Source: Aquificaceae bacterium
Lineage (GTDB): Bacteria > Aquificota > Aquificia > Aquificales > Aquificaceae
DNA length: 64,000 nt
Direction of reading: 5' to 3'
Assembly (NCBI GenBank): GCA_037924335.1
Contig: JAXSMZ010000001.1
Location: 11,911 to 75,910 of the forward strand
The notes under the pieces were generated by a model that did no database searches, was not told the origin of the DNA, and saw only the letters and a program-made list of their open reading frames with translations. A program made the translations under genes and the position numbers. Of this stretch, positions 38,039-50,566 are shown one piece after another (the stretch's first letter is position 1; every line of letters starts with the position of its first letter).

Positions 38039-39399
38039 TATAACACCTTCCCAGGATTGAACAAGTTTTTTGGGTCAAAGACAGCCTTTATTGCCTTCAT
38101 GATCTCAACCCCCACATCTCCTACTTGCCACCTTAGAAACTTCCTTTTGGTTAGTCCCACTCCATGCTCCCCAGTTATAGAACCATGGTAAGACAGTGCA
38201 AGCTCAAAGACTTCATCCACAGCCATCTCTGCCCTTTTCTCCTCTTCGGGGTCGCTCTTTTCGTACAGAAGGTTCACATGCAGATTACCATCTCCTATGT
38301 GCCCGAAGATTACAAGCTTGAGATCGTATCTTTTGGCTATCTCTCTGAGCTTTGGTATTGCATCTGTGAGATAAGTCCTTGGAAAAACTATATCCTCGTT
38401 TATCTTTCCCGACTTGAGGTTTCCTAAAGCTGGTCCCAAGCTTTTCCTTGCTCTCCAAAGGTCTTCCGCCTCTTTTTCATCCTTTGCAGATTGAACAGAC
38501 ACACCCATAGAGTTGAGAAGCTCCTTGACCATGCTTGCCTCCTCTCTAACGCTTTGGGGATGGCCGTCCAGCTCTATCAAGAGCAAGGCTTCTACATCTT
38601 TTGGTAAGCCGACTGGCTTGTAATCTTCTACAGCTCTAATGGCATACTTATCCATAAATTCAAGAGCTGAAGGGAATACACCGGAGGTCATTATCTTAGT
38701 TACTGCCTTCCCAACATCTTCAAGCCTATAAAACAAGGCTAAAAGCGTTGTCCTCGAAAGGGGTTTTGGTATTAGCTTTAGGGTTGCAGATGTTATAAGT
38801 CCAAGCGTTCCCTCTGAACCTACAAAGAACTTGGTTATGTCGTAACCAGCCACATCCTTTATCACAGGGTTTCCAGTCTTTAAAAGCTTGCCCTCTTTTA
38901 TGACGGCAGTAAGTCCAAGTACGTACTCCCTTGTCACCCCATACTTTAGACATCTTGGACCGCCAGCATTCTCTGCTATGTTTCCCCCAATGGTCGAGTA
39001 TTTAAAGGATGATGGGTCTGGTGGATAAAAAAGTCCAAGCTTTTCAATATACTGTTGAAACTCGTAAGTTATAACACCTGGCTGAACTGTTGCCGTTGCA
39101 TTATCCACATCAACGTTGAATTCTTTCATCCTTTCAAAGGATATTACAACACCCCTTTCGGACGTTGGAACAGCTCCACCTGTAAGCCCAGAACCTGCAC
39201 CTCTTGGGAAGATGGGTATGTCTTCTTCGTAACATACCTCAACGAGCTTCTGAACATCTTCTTCTGTCTTGGGGAAAACAACGGCCATAGGTGTTGCCCT
39301 GCTTATAGGTATGGGGGTAGCGTCGTAGGAGTAAAGCTTTCTTTCAACCAACGAAAAGTTCACCTTTTCCTTCCCTAAAACTTCTATAAGCCTTTCCAT
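38038..39399 (-). CDS. glcD: FAD-linked oxidase, GlcD / D-lactate dehydrogenase family
   Basis: PRGAGSGLTGG, PPDPSS, GSEGTLG, GHIGDGNLH, GEHGVG; start at ATG 39399 with GAGG RBS. Confidence 0.85.
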   Translation of the reverse strand: MERLIEVLGKEKVNFSLVERKLYSYDATPIPISRATPMAVVFPKTEEDVQKLVEVCYEEDIPIFPRGAGSGLTGGAVPTSERGVVISFERMKEFNVDVDNATATVQPGVITYEFQQYIEKLGLFYPPDPSSFKYSTIGGNIAENAGGPRCLKYGVTREYVLGLTAVIKEGKLLKTGNPVIKDVAGYDITKFFVGSEGTLGLITSATLKLIPKPLSRTTLLALFYRLEDVGKAVTKIMTSGVFPSALEFMDKYAIRAVEDYKPVGLPKDVEALLLIELDGHPQSVREEASMVKELLNSMGVSVQSAKDEKEAEDLWRARKSLGPALGNLKSGKINEDIVFPRTYLTDAIPKLREIAKRYDLKLVIFGHIGDGNLHVNLLYEKSDPEEEKRAEMAVDEVFELALSYHGSITGEHGVGLTKRKFLRWQVGDVGVEIMKAIKAVFDPKNLFNPGKVL

Positions 39400-39485
39400 A
39401 GGTCCTCTCTTACCCATTAGCATATACTTGAATTTAAAGACTGACCTTCTCTTTTGTATGATGGAAACTATAATTTTAAAAGATA

Positions 39486-39989
39486 ATGGCAAGCGTTGTG
39501 ATGTTCTGGGGTAAACAGGAAGAGGATGGCTACCTTCCAGAGAAAATACTTTGGCTTTTAGAAAAACCTCATCCCCATTGGGTAGAAACTCAGAGGGATA
39601 ACCTGAAGCTTGACTTTAAGGAAACAGGGTTCAGACAGTTTGTAAATCTAAACTCTAAGTACATAATAACTGATGCTATGCTCATGTTTGGTCTTCAGTT
39701 TTCAAAGATGAAGGACCAGCTTATAGAAACGCTAAACCCTGTCAGACTGATGATAAAGTTAAAGCCTGGAAGCTTTTTGAGCATGAGCCACCACTTTTTA
39801 GGTGCACCTTTTGAAATAGAGTGTGATGAGGTGCTAAGGGAGTTTCTCAGGTCTGCAAGGGAGATGTTGGAAGAAGGTGGTTTCTGTTTGGACTTGCTCC
39901 TAATTTCACACAACCCTTACCTTGAAGATGTTATTTTGAGCAACTTGAGCAGAATAAAAGGATTAAACTATAAGTTTTACGGTGCTTGA
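39486..39989 (+). CDS. hypothetical protein (167 aa)
   Basis: First gene of a three-gene overlapping run; no family recognised. Confidence 0.7.
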   Translation: MASVVMFWGKQEEDGYLPEKILWLLEKPHPHWVETQRDNLKLDFKETGFRQFVNLNSKYIITDAMLMFGLQFSKMKDQLIETLNPVRLMIKLKPGSFLSMSHHFLGAPFEIECDEVLREFLRSAREMLEEGGFCLDLLLISHNPYLEDVILSNLSRIKGLNYKFYGA

Positions 39990-39990
39990 T

Positions 39991-40226
39991 ATGGAAGAAG
40001 GGTACAGAGGTATATTTAGCAAGATGGGAGAAGCTCTGATAGAAAGATACATAGAGGATATAAAGAGGGAGCTTAGTCAGAAGCCTAACGACATAGACCT
40101 TCTTTTTAAGTTGGGCGTGGCTTATGTTAGGATAAAGAAGGTAAACCAAGCAAGGGAGGTATACAAAAAGCTCAAAGAGTTAAACAGAGAGAAAGCCAAT
40201 GAACTTTTGGATATCATATACGAGCT

Positions 40227-40230
<4 letters not shown>
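39991..40230 (+). CDS. small TPR protein
   Basis: PNDIDLLFKLGVAY...AREVY TPR pattern. Confidence 0.75.
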
Positions 40231-42885
<2,655 letters not shown>

Positions 42886-42886
42886 A

Positions 42887-43270
42887 TCATCTCTCCTTTT
42901 CTATAAATATATCTTTTATATCCCTCATGTAAAATCCTACTTTACCAAACTCCCATAATGATGTGCAATAAGTGTTAGCGCTTACATATACCTTCTCTTT
43001 GCTGCCGTTTACAAACTCAACTCTCAAGACAAGCAGTTCCCCATTTTGGGATAAAAGACTTATATGTTTTATCATGTCAAAAGGTATAGTGTACTCTAAA
43101 TTACCTTCTTTTACTCTCAAATAATCTCTCCCATTGCAAACCACCCCTTTTAGGTTGTGTTCTACACCTTCCCTGTCTATAACTCTTACCATCAAGCTTT
43201 TGCTAGGCTTCATGGGTTCTGCCATGGAAAGTAGTAAGATAGCGAGTACTAAGAGCAACGCCCTTCTCAT
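42887..43270 (-). CDS. hypothetical exported protein
   Basis: Signal-like MRRALLLVLAILLLSMA; start moved to ATG 43270. Confidence 0.65.
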   Translation of the reverse strand: MRRALLLVLAILLLSMAEPMKPSKSLMVRVIDREGVEHNLKGVVCNGRDYLRVKEGNLEYTIPFDMIKHISLLSQNGELLVLRVEFVNGSKEKVYVSANTYCTSLWEFGKVGFYMRDIKDIFIEKER

Positions 43271-43286
43271 AAGAAGAAATTTTAAA

Positions 43287-44870
43287 CTAACTTTTCTTGT
43301 TTTCTTCCTCATCCTTTAAGAGCTTGTAAACAATACTGTCTGTGAGTGCTATCCAAGAGGCTTCTATGATGTTTTCGGATACACCAACCGTACCCCATCT
43401 TCTTTTACCATCTGTGGACTCTATGAGAACCCTAACTTTAGCTAATGTTCCCTCAGATTCGTTCACTATTCTGACTTTGTAATCTATCAGCTGCACTTCC
43501 TTCAGATTGGGATAAAAGGTCTCCAAAGCTTTTCTTATTGCCCTATCGAGAGCGTTTACTGGACCATTACCCAAGGCTGCCGTGTGTTCTCTAACACCGT
43601 TTACATATAGCCTCACAGTGGCTTCAGAAATGGGGAGTTCATCGCTACTCCTTCTGGCTATGAGCACCCTATAAGCATCCAGTTCAAAGTAGTTCTTCAC
43701 AAGTCCAAAATGTCTTTTACACAGAAGCTCAAAGGATGCCTCAGCCGCTTCAAAATGGTACCCTTCCTTTTCAAACTCCTTTATCTTCTCTAAAAGGTTT
43801 ACAAGCTCCTTCTCGTTTACTTCCATACCAAGCTCTCTGAGCTTATAAAGTAAACTGCTCCTCCCAGACAGGTCAGATATGACAACCTTTCTTCTGTTTC
43901 CTACAAGGAATGGGTCAATATGTTCGTAAGTCTTTGTTTCTCTCATAATGGCTGAGGCATGGACTCCAGCCTTGTGTGCAAAAGCACTCTCTCCTACGTA
44001 GGGTATGTTCTTAGGAAGGGGTACGTTTGAAAGCTCAGAGACAAAGTTGGCAATCTCAGTGAGCCTCTTCATGCTTTCTGGGGGTATCACGTCAAAGCCC
44101 ATCTTAAGCTGCAAGTTTGGTATTATGGAACAAAGGTTTGCGTTGCCAGTCCTCTCTCCTATACCGTTTATGGTGCCATGTACCTGTCTGGCTCCTGCGA
44201 GAACAGCCATAAGGGAGTTTGCCACCGCACTGTCAGAATCATTATGGGTGTGTATGCCAACGTTAGACTGCGGAAACCTTTCTTTTACTGTCTTCGTTAT
44301 GTTGTAAACTTCGTTGGGAAGGCTTCCTCCGTTTGTATCACAAAGAACTATCCAATCTGCACCACCTTGAAGGGCAGCATTTAGAACTTCCAAGGCATAA
44401 TCTGGATTGCTCTTGTATCCATCGAAGAAATGCTCCGCATCAAATATCACTTCATTTACATGCTCCTTAAGGTAATGGACAGTCTGATAAACCATGTTCA
44501 AGTTCTCTTCTAAGGTAATGGACATGGCTTGGGTAACATGGAAATCCCAGCTTTTCCCAAAGATGGTTATCACTTTAGCCTCAGACCTTAAGAGGTTCTC
44601 CAACTGTTTATCCTCGTTGGGCTTTTTGTTGGGCCTCCTCGTTGAACCAAAAGCCACAACCTTGGAGTTTCTCAGTTTTATGTTTTTGAGTTTTTCAAAA
44701 AGGGCAGTGTCCTTTGGGTTTGATCCTGGCCATCCGCACTCTAAATAGTGGATCCCAAACTCATCAAGTTTTTCAATTATACGCAGTTTATCATCTATGG
44801 AGAAGTTTACACCTTCAGCCTGAGAACCATCCCTCAGAGTAGTGTCGTACAAAAAAACCTTATCCTTCAT
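43287..44870 (-). CDS. cimA: citramalate synthase (LeuA-like family)
   Basis: YDTTLRDGSQAEG, GWPGSNPKD, FDAEHFFDG, HKAGVH, C-terminal regulatory domain. Confidence 0.9.
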   Translation of the reverse strand: MKDKVFLYDTTLRDGSQAEGVNFSIDDKLRIIEKLDEFGIHYLECGWPGSNPKDTALFEKLKNIKLRNSKVVAFGSTRRPNKKPNEDKQLENLLRSEAKVITIFGKSWDFHVTQAMSITLEENLNMVYQTVHYLKEHVNEVIFDAEHFFDGYKSNPDYALEVLNAALQGGADWIVLCDTNGGSLPNEVYNITKTVKERFPQSNVGIHTHNDSDSAVANSLMAVLAGARQVHGTINGIGERTGNANLCSIIPNLQLKMGFDVIPPESMKRLTEIANFVSELSNVPLPKNIPYVGESAFAHKAGVHASAIMRETKTYEHIDPFLVGNRRKVVISDLSGRSSLLYKLRELGMEVNEKELVNLLEKIKEFEKEGYHFEAAEASFELLCKRHFGLVKNYFELDAYRVLIARRSSDELPISEATVRLYVNGVREHTAALGNGPVNALDRAIRKALETFYPNLKEVQLIDYKVRIVNESEGTLAKVRVLIESTDGKRRWGTVGVSENIIEASWIALTDSIVYKLLKDEEENKKS

Positions 44871-44888
44871 GGAATTATAAATATATTC

Positions 44889-47800
44889 TCATGCCTTCTT
44901 TCCACCAAACTTTTCATACACAAGCGGGAGTATAAGCAAAGTTAGCATAGTAGAAGTAAAGATACCACCTATAACTACAACAGCCAGGGGTTTTTGAAGC
45001 TCTGCACCTATCCCTGTAGCAAAGAGCATGGGAAGAAGACCAAGGGAGGCAGCACTGGCAGTTATGAGTATAGGTCTTAGTCTCCTTGACGCTCCCATGA
45101 GTACAGCTTCCCTTACGCTGTAGCCGTTCTCAAGGAGAGACCTGATGTAAGATATGAGAACTACACCGTTCAAGGTTGCAATGCCAAAGAGGGCTATAAA
45201 ACCTATAGCTGAGGGTACTGAGAGGTTATAACCAGACAGATAGAGGGATATTACACCGCCTATAGTTGCAAAGGGTACGTTCAATATAACTATGATGGCA
45301 TCCCTGAGTGAGTTATAGTTTACGTAAAGGAGAAGAAGTATAAGGAGTATGGATATGGGAACAACTATGGAAAGCTTTTTCATAGCCCTCTCTTGGTTCT
45401 CAAACTGTCCGCCGAAGGTTATAAAGTACCCAGGGGGAAGCTTTACCCCCTTGTATATCCTTTCCTTGATCTCTTTTACAAAGCCTCCCAAGTCTCTACC
45501 TTGAAGGTTAGACTGCACAAGGGCAAATCTCATACCGTTCTCTCTTCTTATCTTTAAGAAACCCTCGGTCGTCTTAACATCTGCCACCTGTGAAAGGGTG
45601 AGTATGGTACCGTCCTTTGTAAGCAGTGGCATATCCTTTACGCTTTCCAGTTCCTTCCTTTCAAGACCTAAGACCATGGGGAATAGTATGCTGTCCCTCT
45701 CCATATAACCTGCCTCTTTTCCTCCCAGAGTATAGGCTACTAAGTTCATAAGCTCCGCAGTTGTTATGTTGTATCTTTTGAGAACTTCCATCTTTGGAAC
45801 TATTCTCAGTTGGAGCTTTCCAGACTGAGCTTCTGTTTCTACGTCCACTGCACCCTTTGTGTTTTTGACTATCTCCTCAATCTTATAGGCAATTTCATTT
45901 ATCCTGTTTAGGTCATCACCAAAAACCTTTATGGCCACAGTAGACTTTACCCCAGAGAGAAGCTCATCTATCCTCATCTGGATGGGCTGTGTAAAGCTAA
46001 ACTCCACACCAGGTACATACCCAAGCTTTTTTCTGAGAAGTCCTACAAACTCCTCCCTGCTTTTAAAGTTCTTCCACTCACTCGTTGGTTTGAGAATTAT
46101 GAAGGTTTCAATGTAGCTGACATCCTCTGGCTCTGCCACCTCTGCCCTCCCTATGTTGGAAAATGTTCTTACAACTTCAGGATAACTAAGAGCTGTCTCT
46201 TCAACCAGTTTTGCTACGCTCTTTGCCTCTTCCAAGGAAACGTTTGGGTCTAAGAAGGACTTGACAAGAACTGCACCCTCTTCAAGCTGTGGGGCAAACT
46301 CTGTACCTACTCGGGAAAGCAAGAATAGGGAGAAGACGAAGGATATGAAAGTGATTCCCAAAAGTACCCATCTTACTCCAAAGGCTCTCTCCAAAAGCTT
46401 CAGATAAATACTCCTCAACATTTTGAAAAAGTAAGTCTCTTCCGTACCTGGTTTGATAATGTAATAAGAGAGAACGGGCATAAAGAGAAAGGCAACGACA
46501 AGAGAAGAGAGGATGGCCAGTATAATGGTGAGGGCTAAGGGCTTGTAGTACTTGCCTTCTACGGATTCGAAGGTAAATATGGGAATGAAGACCACTATTA
46601 TGATCCCTACCGCAAAGGTTACGGGTCTTATGACTTCCATAACTGAGTCAACTACGATGGAAAGCTTGTATCCCTGCCTATTTTCTGATAGATGTCTGTA
46701 TACGTTCTCCACAACAACTACAGTAGCATCTGCAAATAGACCTATGCCTATGGCAAGCCCTCCAAGAGTCATTAGGTTTCCAGAGATGCCAATCTGCTTT
46801 AGGAGTATAAAGGTGTAAAGGAGCGTAAGGGGTACAGAGAGGGCTACCAAAAAGGCTACTCTTGGATTCCACATGTAAAGGACTATTGCCAAAGATACGA
46901 GCAGAATTCCTTCCAAAAGGGCTTTTTCCACTGTTGACAATGCCTTTTTTGTCAGGTAGGACTGGTCGTAGAGCATCTCAACCTTTATGCCCGGTGGAAG
47001 GACATCTTGAACCTTCTTCAGCCTTTCCTTTAGCTCCTGTACAAGCTCCATTGTGTTGGTCTGAACCCTTTTCAGGACTATGTTCCCCTGAACCTCCTCA
47101 CCGTTGAGAGTGAAGGCTCCTCTTCTGTTAGGAAGCTCGGAAGGGAGCACATCAGCCACGTCTCTCAGAACCAAGCTTATACTCTCTTCCTTCTTTATGG
47201 GTACGTTCTCTACCTCTTCTATGCTCCTTAGCCTTCCGAGACCTCTTATGACCATGTCTCCTTGAGAGGACTCCAAGAATCCCCCACCAGCTATCTGGTT
47301 ATACTCCTCCAGAGACCTTATAACATCCTCCAATGTTATCCCGTAGAGTACCATCCTTTCGGGCCTTAACCTTATCAGATAAGCCCTTTCTGGTCCCCAT
47401 TGGGATATATCCTCCACTCCATCCATGGACTTGACCATGGGTCTTACCTTCCACATCTGAATGGTCTTTAGGTCTTCTAGGGAGTAGTTTCCCTTCTCAT
47501 CCAAGAGGGCGTAGAAGAGCACGTTTCCAAGACCAGAAGTGTTTGGTCCTATCCTTGGCACATAACCCTTAGGCATCTGAGCCTGAGCCTCAGGAAGCTT
47601 TTGAGCCACAAGATTTCTTGCAAAGTATACATCAGTTCCATCTTTAAAAAATACGCTCACATAAGAGAGTCCAGGAAGGCTCACGGACCTTACGAGTTCT
47701 ACACCCTTTAATCCAGACAGGACAAACTCTATGGGCTTGGTTACCAGCAGTTCTGTCTCTTCTGCAGAAAGGCCTGGCGTTTCCGTGTATATGACCACCT

Positions 47801-47921
47801 GTACGGGCGTAGGGTCTGGGAATGTGTCTATGGGTAGTTTCTTGAAAGACCAAAGTCCCAAAAGCATGCTTCCTATCAGGAGTATCAGCACAAGGAGTCT
47901 GTATTGAAGAACCTTTCTCAT
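44889..47921 (-). CDS. CusA/CzcA family heavy-metal RND transporter
   Basis: LPIDTFPD, GGLAIGIG, VVVVENVYR, FTQPIQMRIDEL, RLRPILIT. Confidence 0.93.
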   Translation of the reverse strand: MRKVLQYRLLVLILLIGSMLLGLWSFKKLPIDTFPDPTPVQVVIYTETPGLSAEETELLVTKPIEFVLSGLKGVELVRSVSLPGLSYVSVFFKDGTDVYFARNLVAQKLPEAQAQMPKGYVPRIGPNTSGLGNVLFYALLDEKGNYSLEDLKTIQMWKVRPMVKSMDGVEDISQWGPERAYLIRLRPERMVLYGITLEDVIRSLEEYNQIAGGGFLESSQGDMVIRGLGRLRSIEEVENVPIKKEESISLVLRDVADVLPSELPNRRGAFTLNGEEVQGNIVLKRVQTNTMELVQELKERLKKVQDVLPPGIKVEMLYDQSYLTKKALSTVEKALLEGILLVSLAIVLYMWNPRVAFLVALSVPLTLLYTFILLKQIGISGNLMTLGGLAIGIGLFADATVVVVENVYRHLSENRQGYKLSIVVDSVMEVIRPVTFAVGIIIVVFIPIFTFESVEGKYYKPLALTIILAILSSLVVAFLFMPVLSYYIIKPGTEETYFFKMLRSIYLKLLERAFGVRWVLLGITFISFVFSLFLLSRVGTEFAPQLEEGAVLVKSFLDPNVSLEEAKSVAKLVEETALSYPEVVRTFSNIGRAEVAEPEDVSYIETFIILKPTSEWKNFKSREEFVGLLRKKLGYVPGVEFSFTQPIQMRIDELLSGVKSTVAIKVFGDDLNRINEIAYKIEEIVKNTKGAVDVETEAQSGKLQLRIVPKMEVLKRYNITTAELMNLVAYTLGGKEAGYMERDSILFPMVLGLERKELESVKDMPLLTKDGTILTLSQVADVKTTEGFLKIRRENGMRFALVQSNLQGRDLGGFVKEIKERIYKGVKLPPGYFITFGGQFENQERAMKKLSIVVPISILLILLLLYVNYNSLRDAIIVILNVPFATIGGVISLYLSGYNLSVPSAIGFIALFGIATLNGVVLISYIRSLLENGYSVREAVLMGASRRLRPILITASAASLGLLPMLFATGIGAELQKPLAVVVIGGIFTSTMLTLLILPLVYEKFGGKKA

Positions 47922-48946
47922 CTTTCTATCTGATTCTTTAAGAATATGACACCGCTTATTGCAACCTTTTCTTTTTCCTTAAGGTTTCCGCTCACTAAAA
48001 CCATATCCTTCTCTTCCTTTATCTTTTTAACTTTCCTTGTCTCAAAACCGTCGTCGGTTTTTACAAAAACCATATAATCTCCTTTGACCTTCTGAACACC
48101 TTGTGCGGGTATCCAGAAACCTTTTACGCTTCCAACCTTGATGAATACGTCAACCATCAGGCCTGGTCTCAGAAGGTCTTCTCTGTTATCCACAAGGAGT
48201 CTTATAGGAACCCTTTTTGTGTTTTGGTCTACCTCATGGGATACGTAATCTACGTAGCCCCATACCTTTTTCCCCTTCCATAGGCTATATCCCTTTGTTC
48301 CCTTCCTGACCATATCTACCTCTTCAGGCCTAGCATAGGAGTAAACCCATAGCTTTTCGTGTGAGTGAACTTTGAACATCTCCTTGGAAATGTCCACACC
48401 AGAACCAGTAAAAACATTCTGCTCTATAACGTATCCGCTTATGGGAGACCTTATTAGTACCACGTCTCCTTTTACTTCTCCAAAAGACCTGAGGGATTGC
48501 AAAAGGGCATGGTACTCTCCCCTTGCCTTCTCATAATCTATCTTTGCACCGTAATACCTTGAGTAAGGGATGACCTCCTCTCTGTAGAGCATCTCTTCCC
48601 TCTTGAGTGTTTCCTCTGCTACCTTTAACTTCACCTGGGACATCCTTATCTGAGCTTGCAGGTCCGCTACATGTGGAGAATAAACAGATGCTAACACTTT
48701 ACCTCTTTTTACATAATCTCCCTGTTTCACAAAGATTTTCCTTACAACGCCGGCAACTGGTGAGTAAACTTGAGATACAAGACCAGAGTATTCGCTCACC
48801 TGTGCTGGAAGCCTTAGCTCCTCCTCCACCTCCTGTAGTCTAACCTCCCAAAGCTTGATACCAAGCCTTTTCTGTGTTTCATTGTCTATCCTTATGACCT
48901 CAGAGAAAGAAAAGAGGGGTAAAAGTAACAGTATGAACACTCTCAA
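47918..48946 (-). CDS. RND membrane fusion protein (CzcB-like)
   Basis: SPVAGVV..IFVKQGDYV lipoyl-like half, IRSPISG, LRPGLMV. Confidence 0.9.
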   Translation of the reverse strand: MRVFILLLLPLFSFSEVIRIDNETQKRLGIKLWEVRLQEVEEELRLPAQVSEYSGLVSQVYSPVAGVVRKIFVKQGDYVKRGKVLASVYSPHVADLQAQIRMSQVKLKVAEETLKREEMLYREEVIPYSRYYGAKIDYEKARGEYHALLQSLRSFGEVKGDVVLIRSPISGYVIEQNVFTGSGVDISKEMFKVHSHEKLWVYSYARPEEVDMVRKGTKGYSLWKGKKVWGYVDYVSHEVDQNTKRVPIRLLVDNREDLLRPGLMVDVFIKVGSVKGFWIPAQGVQKVKGDYMVFVKTDDGFETRKVKKIKEEKDMVLVSGNLKEKEKVAISGVIFLKNQIER

Positions 48947-50112
48947 AGCTCACCTCCCAGCATAAGATACTTGGTATACTCCTCGTGCGCCTGTTTTATG
49001 AGTTCAAGCCTGTACTTTAAAAGTTCCACATATCTTCTTTTTGTATCAGAAAGCTCCAAAAGGGTTATAGTTCTCAGCCTGTAGCTTTTTATGGCCAAGC
49101 TTAACTCCTCCTGAACTTTTGGGATAGCTCGCTCCTCTACTCTCTTTATCTCCTCAAGGAGCTTTCTGTACCTTGACCTGATTAGCTGGTAATCCCTTTC
49201 TATGCTCAGTTTTTCAAACTCCTTTAGTCTTTCTAAACTTCTGGCTTGGGCGGAGATCTGTATGAGCTCCCCCTGTCTTCTGTAAAAAAGAGGAAGTGAT
49301 GCGGTAAGACCAGCCCTAAAGCCATACTCATTGACGGACACCTTTTCTCCTGTTATGTTCCAACTGAGTTGAGGCTTTGCCAGAATTCTTTCCACTTCAC
49401 TGGCATATGTTAAGCTCTTTATCATATAGTCATACTGCTTTACTCTTGGAAGGTCTTCTATGGTTGGGTCTTTCATGTCTCTGAGGTCATCAAACCTTCC
49501 TTCCACATCTGATACTTCCTCACCTACGAAGGAAGAGAGATATTTCAAAGAGTTTTTGTATTCATTCTTTGCAAAATCAAGCTCAACCCTTGCAAGCTCG
49601 AGCTCCCTCTCAGACCTGAAAACCTCCAGCTTTGTACCCTCACCTAACTCAAAGAGCCTCTTTATGAATCTATGTATATCCTCGCTTATGTTGTAGTTCT
49701 CCTGAGCTACCTTCAGAAGCTCCCTTCTGTATAGGGTTGAATAATAAGCCCAGTACACCTGCCCTGTAAGAGACCTCCTTTCTGTCTCTACCCTCTGTAA
49801 AAAGGACTTCTCTTCGTAATCCACCATCTTTCTGAATTGCCTTCCAAGGGGATAGGGGACGAAAGGTTGGGAGTAAGAGATGCTATACACAGGGTTTGAC
49901 TTTACGCCTTCCTTAGATGTTCCAAAGTTTCCAGCCTCTAAGCTGAGTGTAGGGTTAAGATAAGATCTGTAAGTCAGAGCTTTACCCTTGAACTTTAAGC
50001 TTTCTTCCTGAAGAGCCTTTATAGAGGGATAACTTTTTATAGCTTTTTCTAAGGCACTTTCAAGCTCTATAGCGTATGAAGCTCCAAAGACAAGCAGGAG
50101 CAAAAGCATCAT
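48943..50112 (-). CDS. outer membrane factor (TolC/CzcC-like)
   Basis: Signal peptide, NPTLSL, SLPLF, helical repeats; operon position. Confidence 0.85.
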   Translation of the reverse strand: MMLLLLLVFGASYAIELESALEKAIKSYPSIKALQEESLKFKGKALTYRSYLNPTLSLEAGNFGTSKEGVKSNPVYSISYSQPFVPYPLGRQFRKMVDYEEKSFLQRVETERRSLTGQVYWAYYSTLYRRELLKVAQENYNISEDIHRFIKRLFELGEGTKLEVFRSERELELARVELDFAKNEYKNSLKYLSSFVGEEVSDVEGRFDDLRDMKDPTIEDLPRVKQYDYMIKSLTYASEVERILAKPQLSWNITGEKVSVNEYGFRAGLTASLPLFYRRQGELIQISAQARSLERLKEFEKLSIERDYQLIRSRYRKLLEEIKRVEERAIPKVQEELSLAIKSYRLRTITLLELSDTKRRYVELLKYRLELIKQAHEEYTKYLMLGGEL

Positions 50113-50513
50113 GGTTTTAGTTTAACAAGATGGTCATACACTATGCTCCCTCCTAAGTTCCCTTGAAGGAAAAGCAACAGAACGCCCACTATAAGCATAA
50201 GAGTGAAGATGTTCCTAAGCCTAAAGAACCTCACAACACCAATGAGAAGAAAGAAAACAGCCAAGAAAAGGCCTAACTTTTCGTGAGTCTCAAAGATGGG
50301 GATCTTCTCAAGCAGTTCCTCTATGGGTTCATGTGCTATGATACCAGATAATGTCCCTAACGCTACAGAGAGCACAGTGAGATACGTCAAAAGAGCATGC
50401 ATTCTATCAAGCTCTCTCTTGGTTATTCTGTAATAGACGTCTATAAAGAGCAAAAGCACTGGAAAGGCTATGGCAAAGTGTACGGTGGGTGGATGAAGCT
50501 TTATAACTTCCAT
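50109..50513 (-). CDS. DUF2231-like membrane protein
   Basis: LHPPTVHFAIA, HEKLG, GNLGGSIVY. Confidence 0.8.
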   Translation of the reverse strand: MEVIKLHPPTVHFAIAFPVLLLFIDVYYRITKRELDRMHALLTYLTVLSVALGTLSGIIAHEPIEELLEKIPIFETHEKLGLFLAVFFLLIGVVRFFRLRNIFTLMLIVGVLLLFLQGNLGGSIVYDHLVKLKP

Positions 50514-50549
50514 TCTACCTTCCTCCTATTTTTATTCTATCAGCTTAAC

Positions 50550-50566
50550 ATTAATCCAAAATTAAC
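50550..50566 (-). promoter_or_regulatory. putative OmpR-family response-regulator box upstream of the DUF2231-RND genes
   Basis: GTTAAT-N5-ATTAAT then TAGAAT 10 nt downstream; same architecture at 52767-52783. Confidence 0.55.

Noticed and set aside
39400..39492. N-terminal extension of the GlcD-like ORF
   Set aside because: It overlaps the divergent gene start; ATG 39399 has an RBS and gives a typical length.
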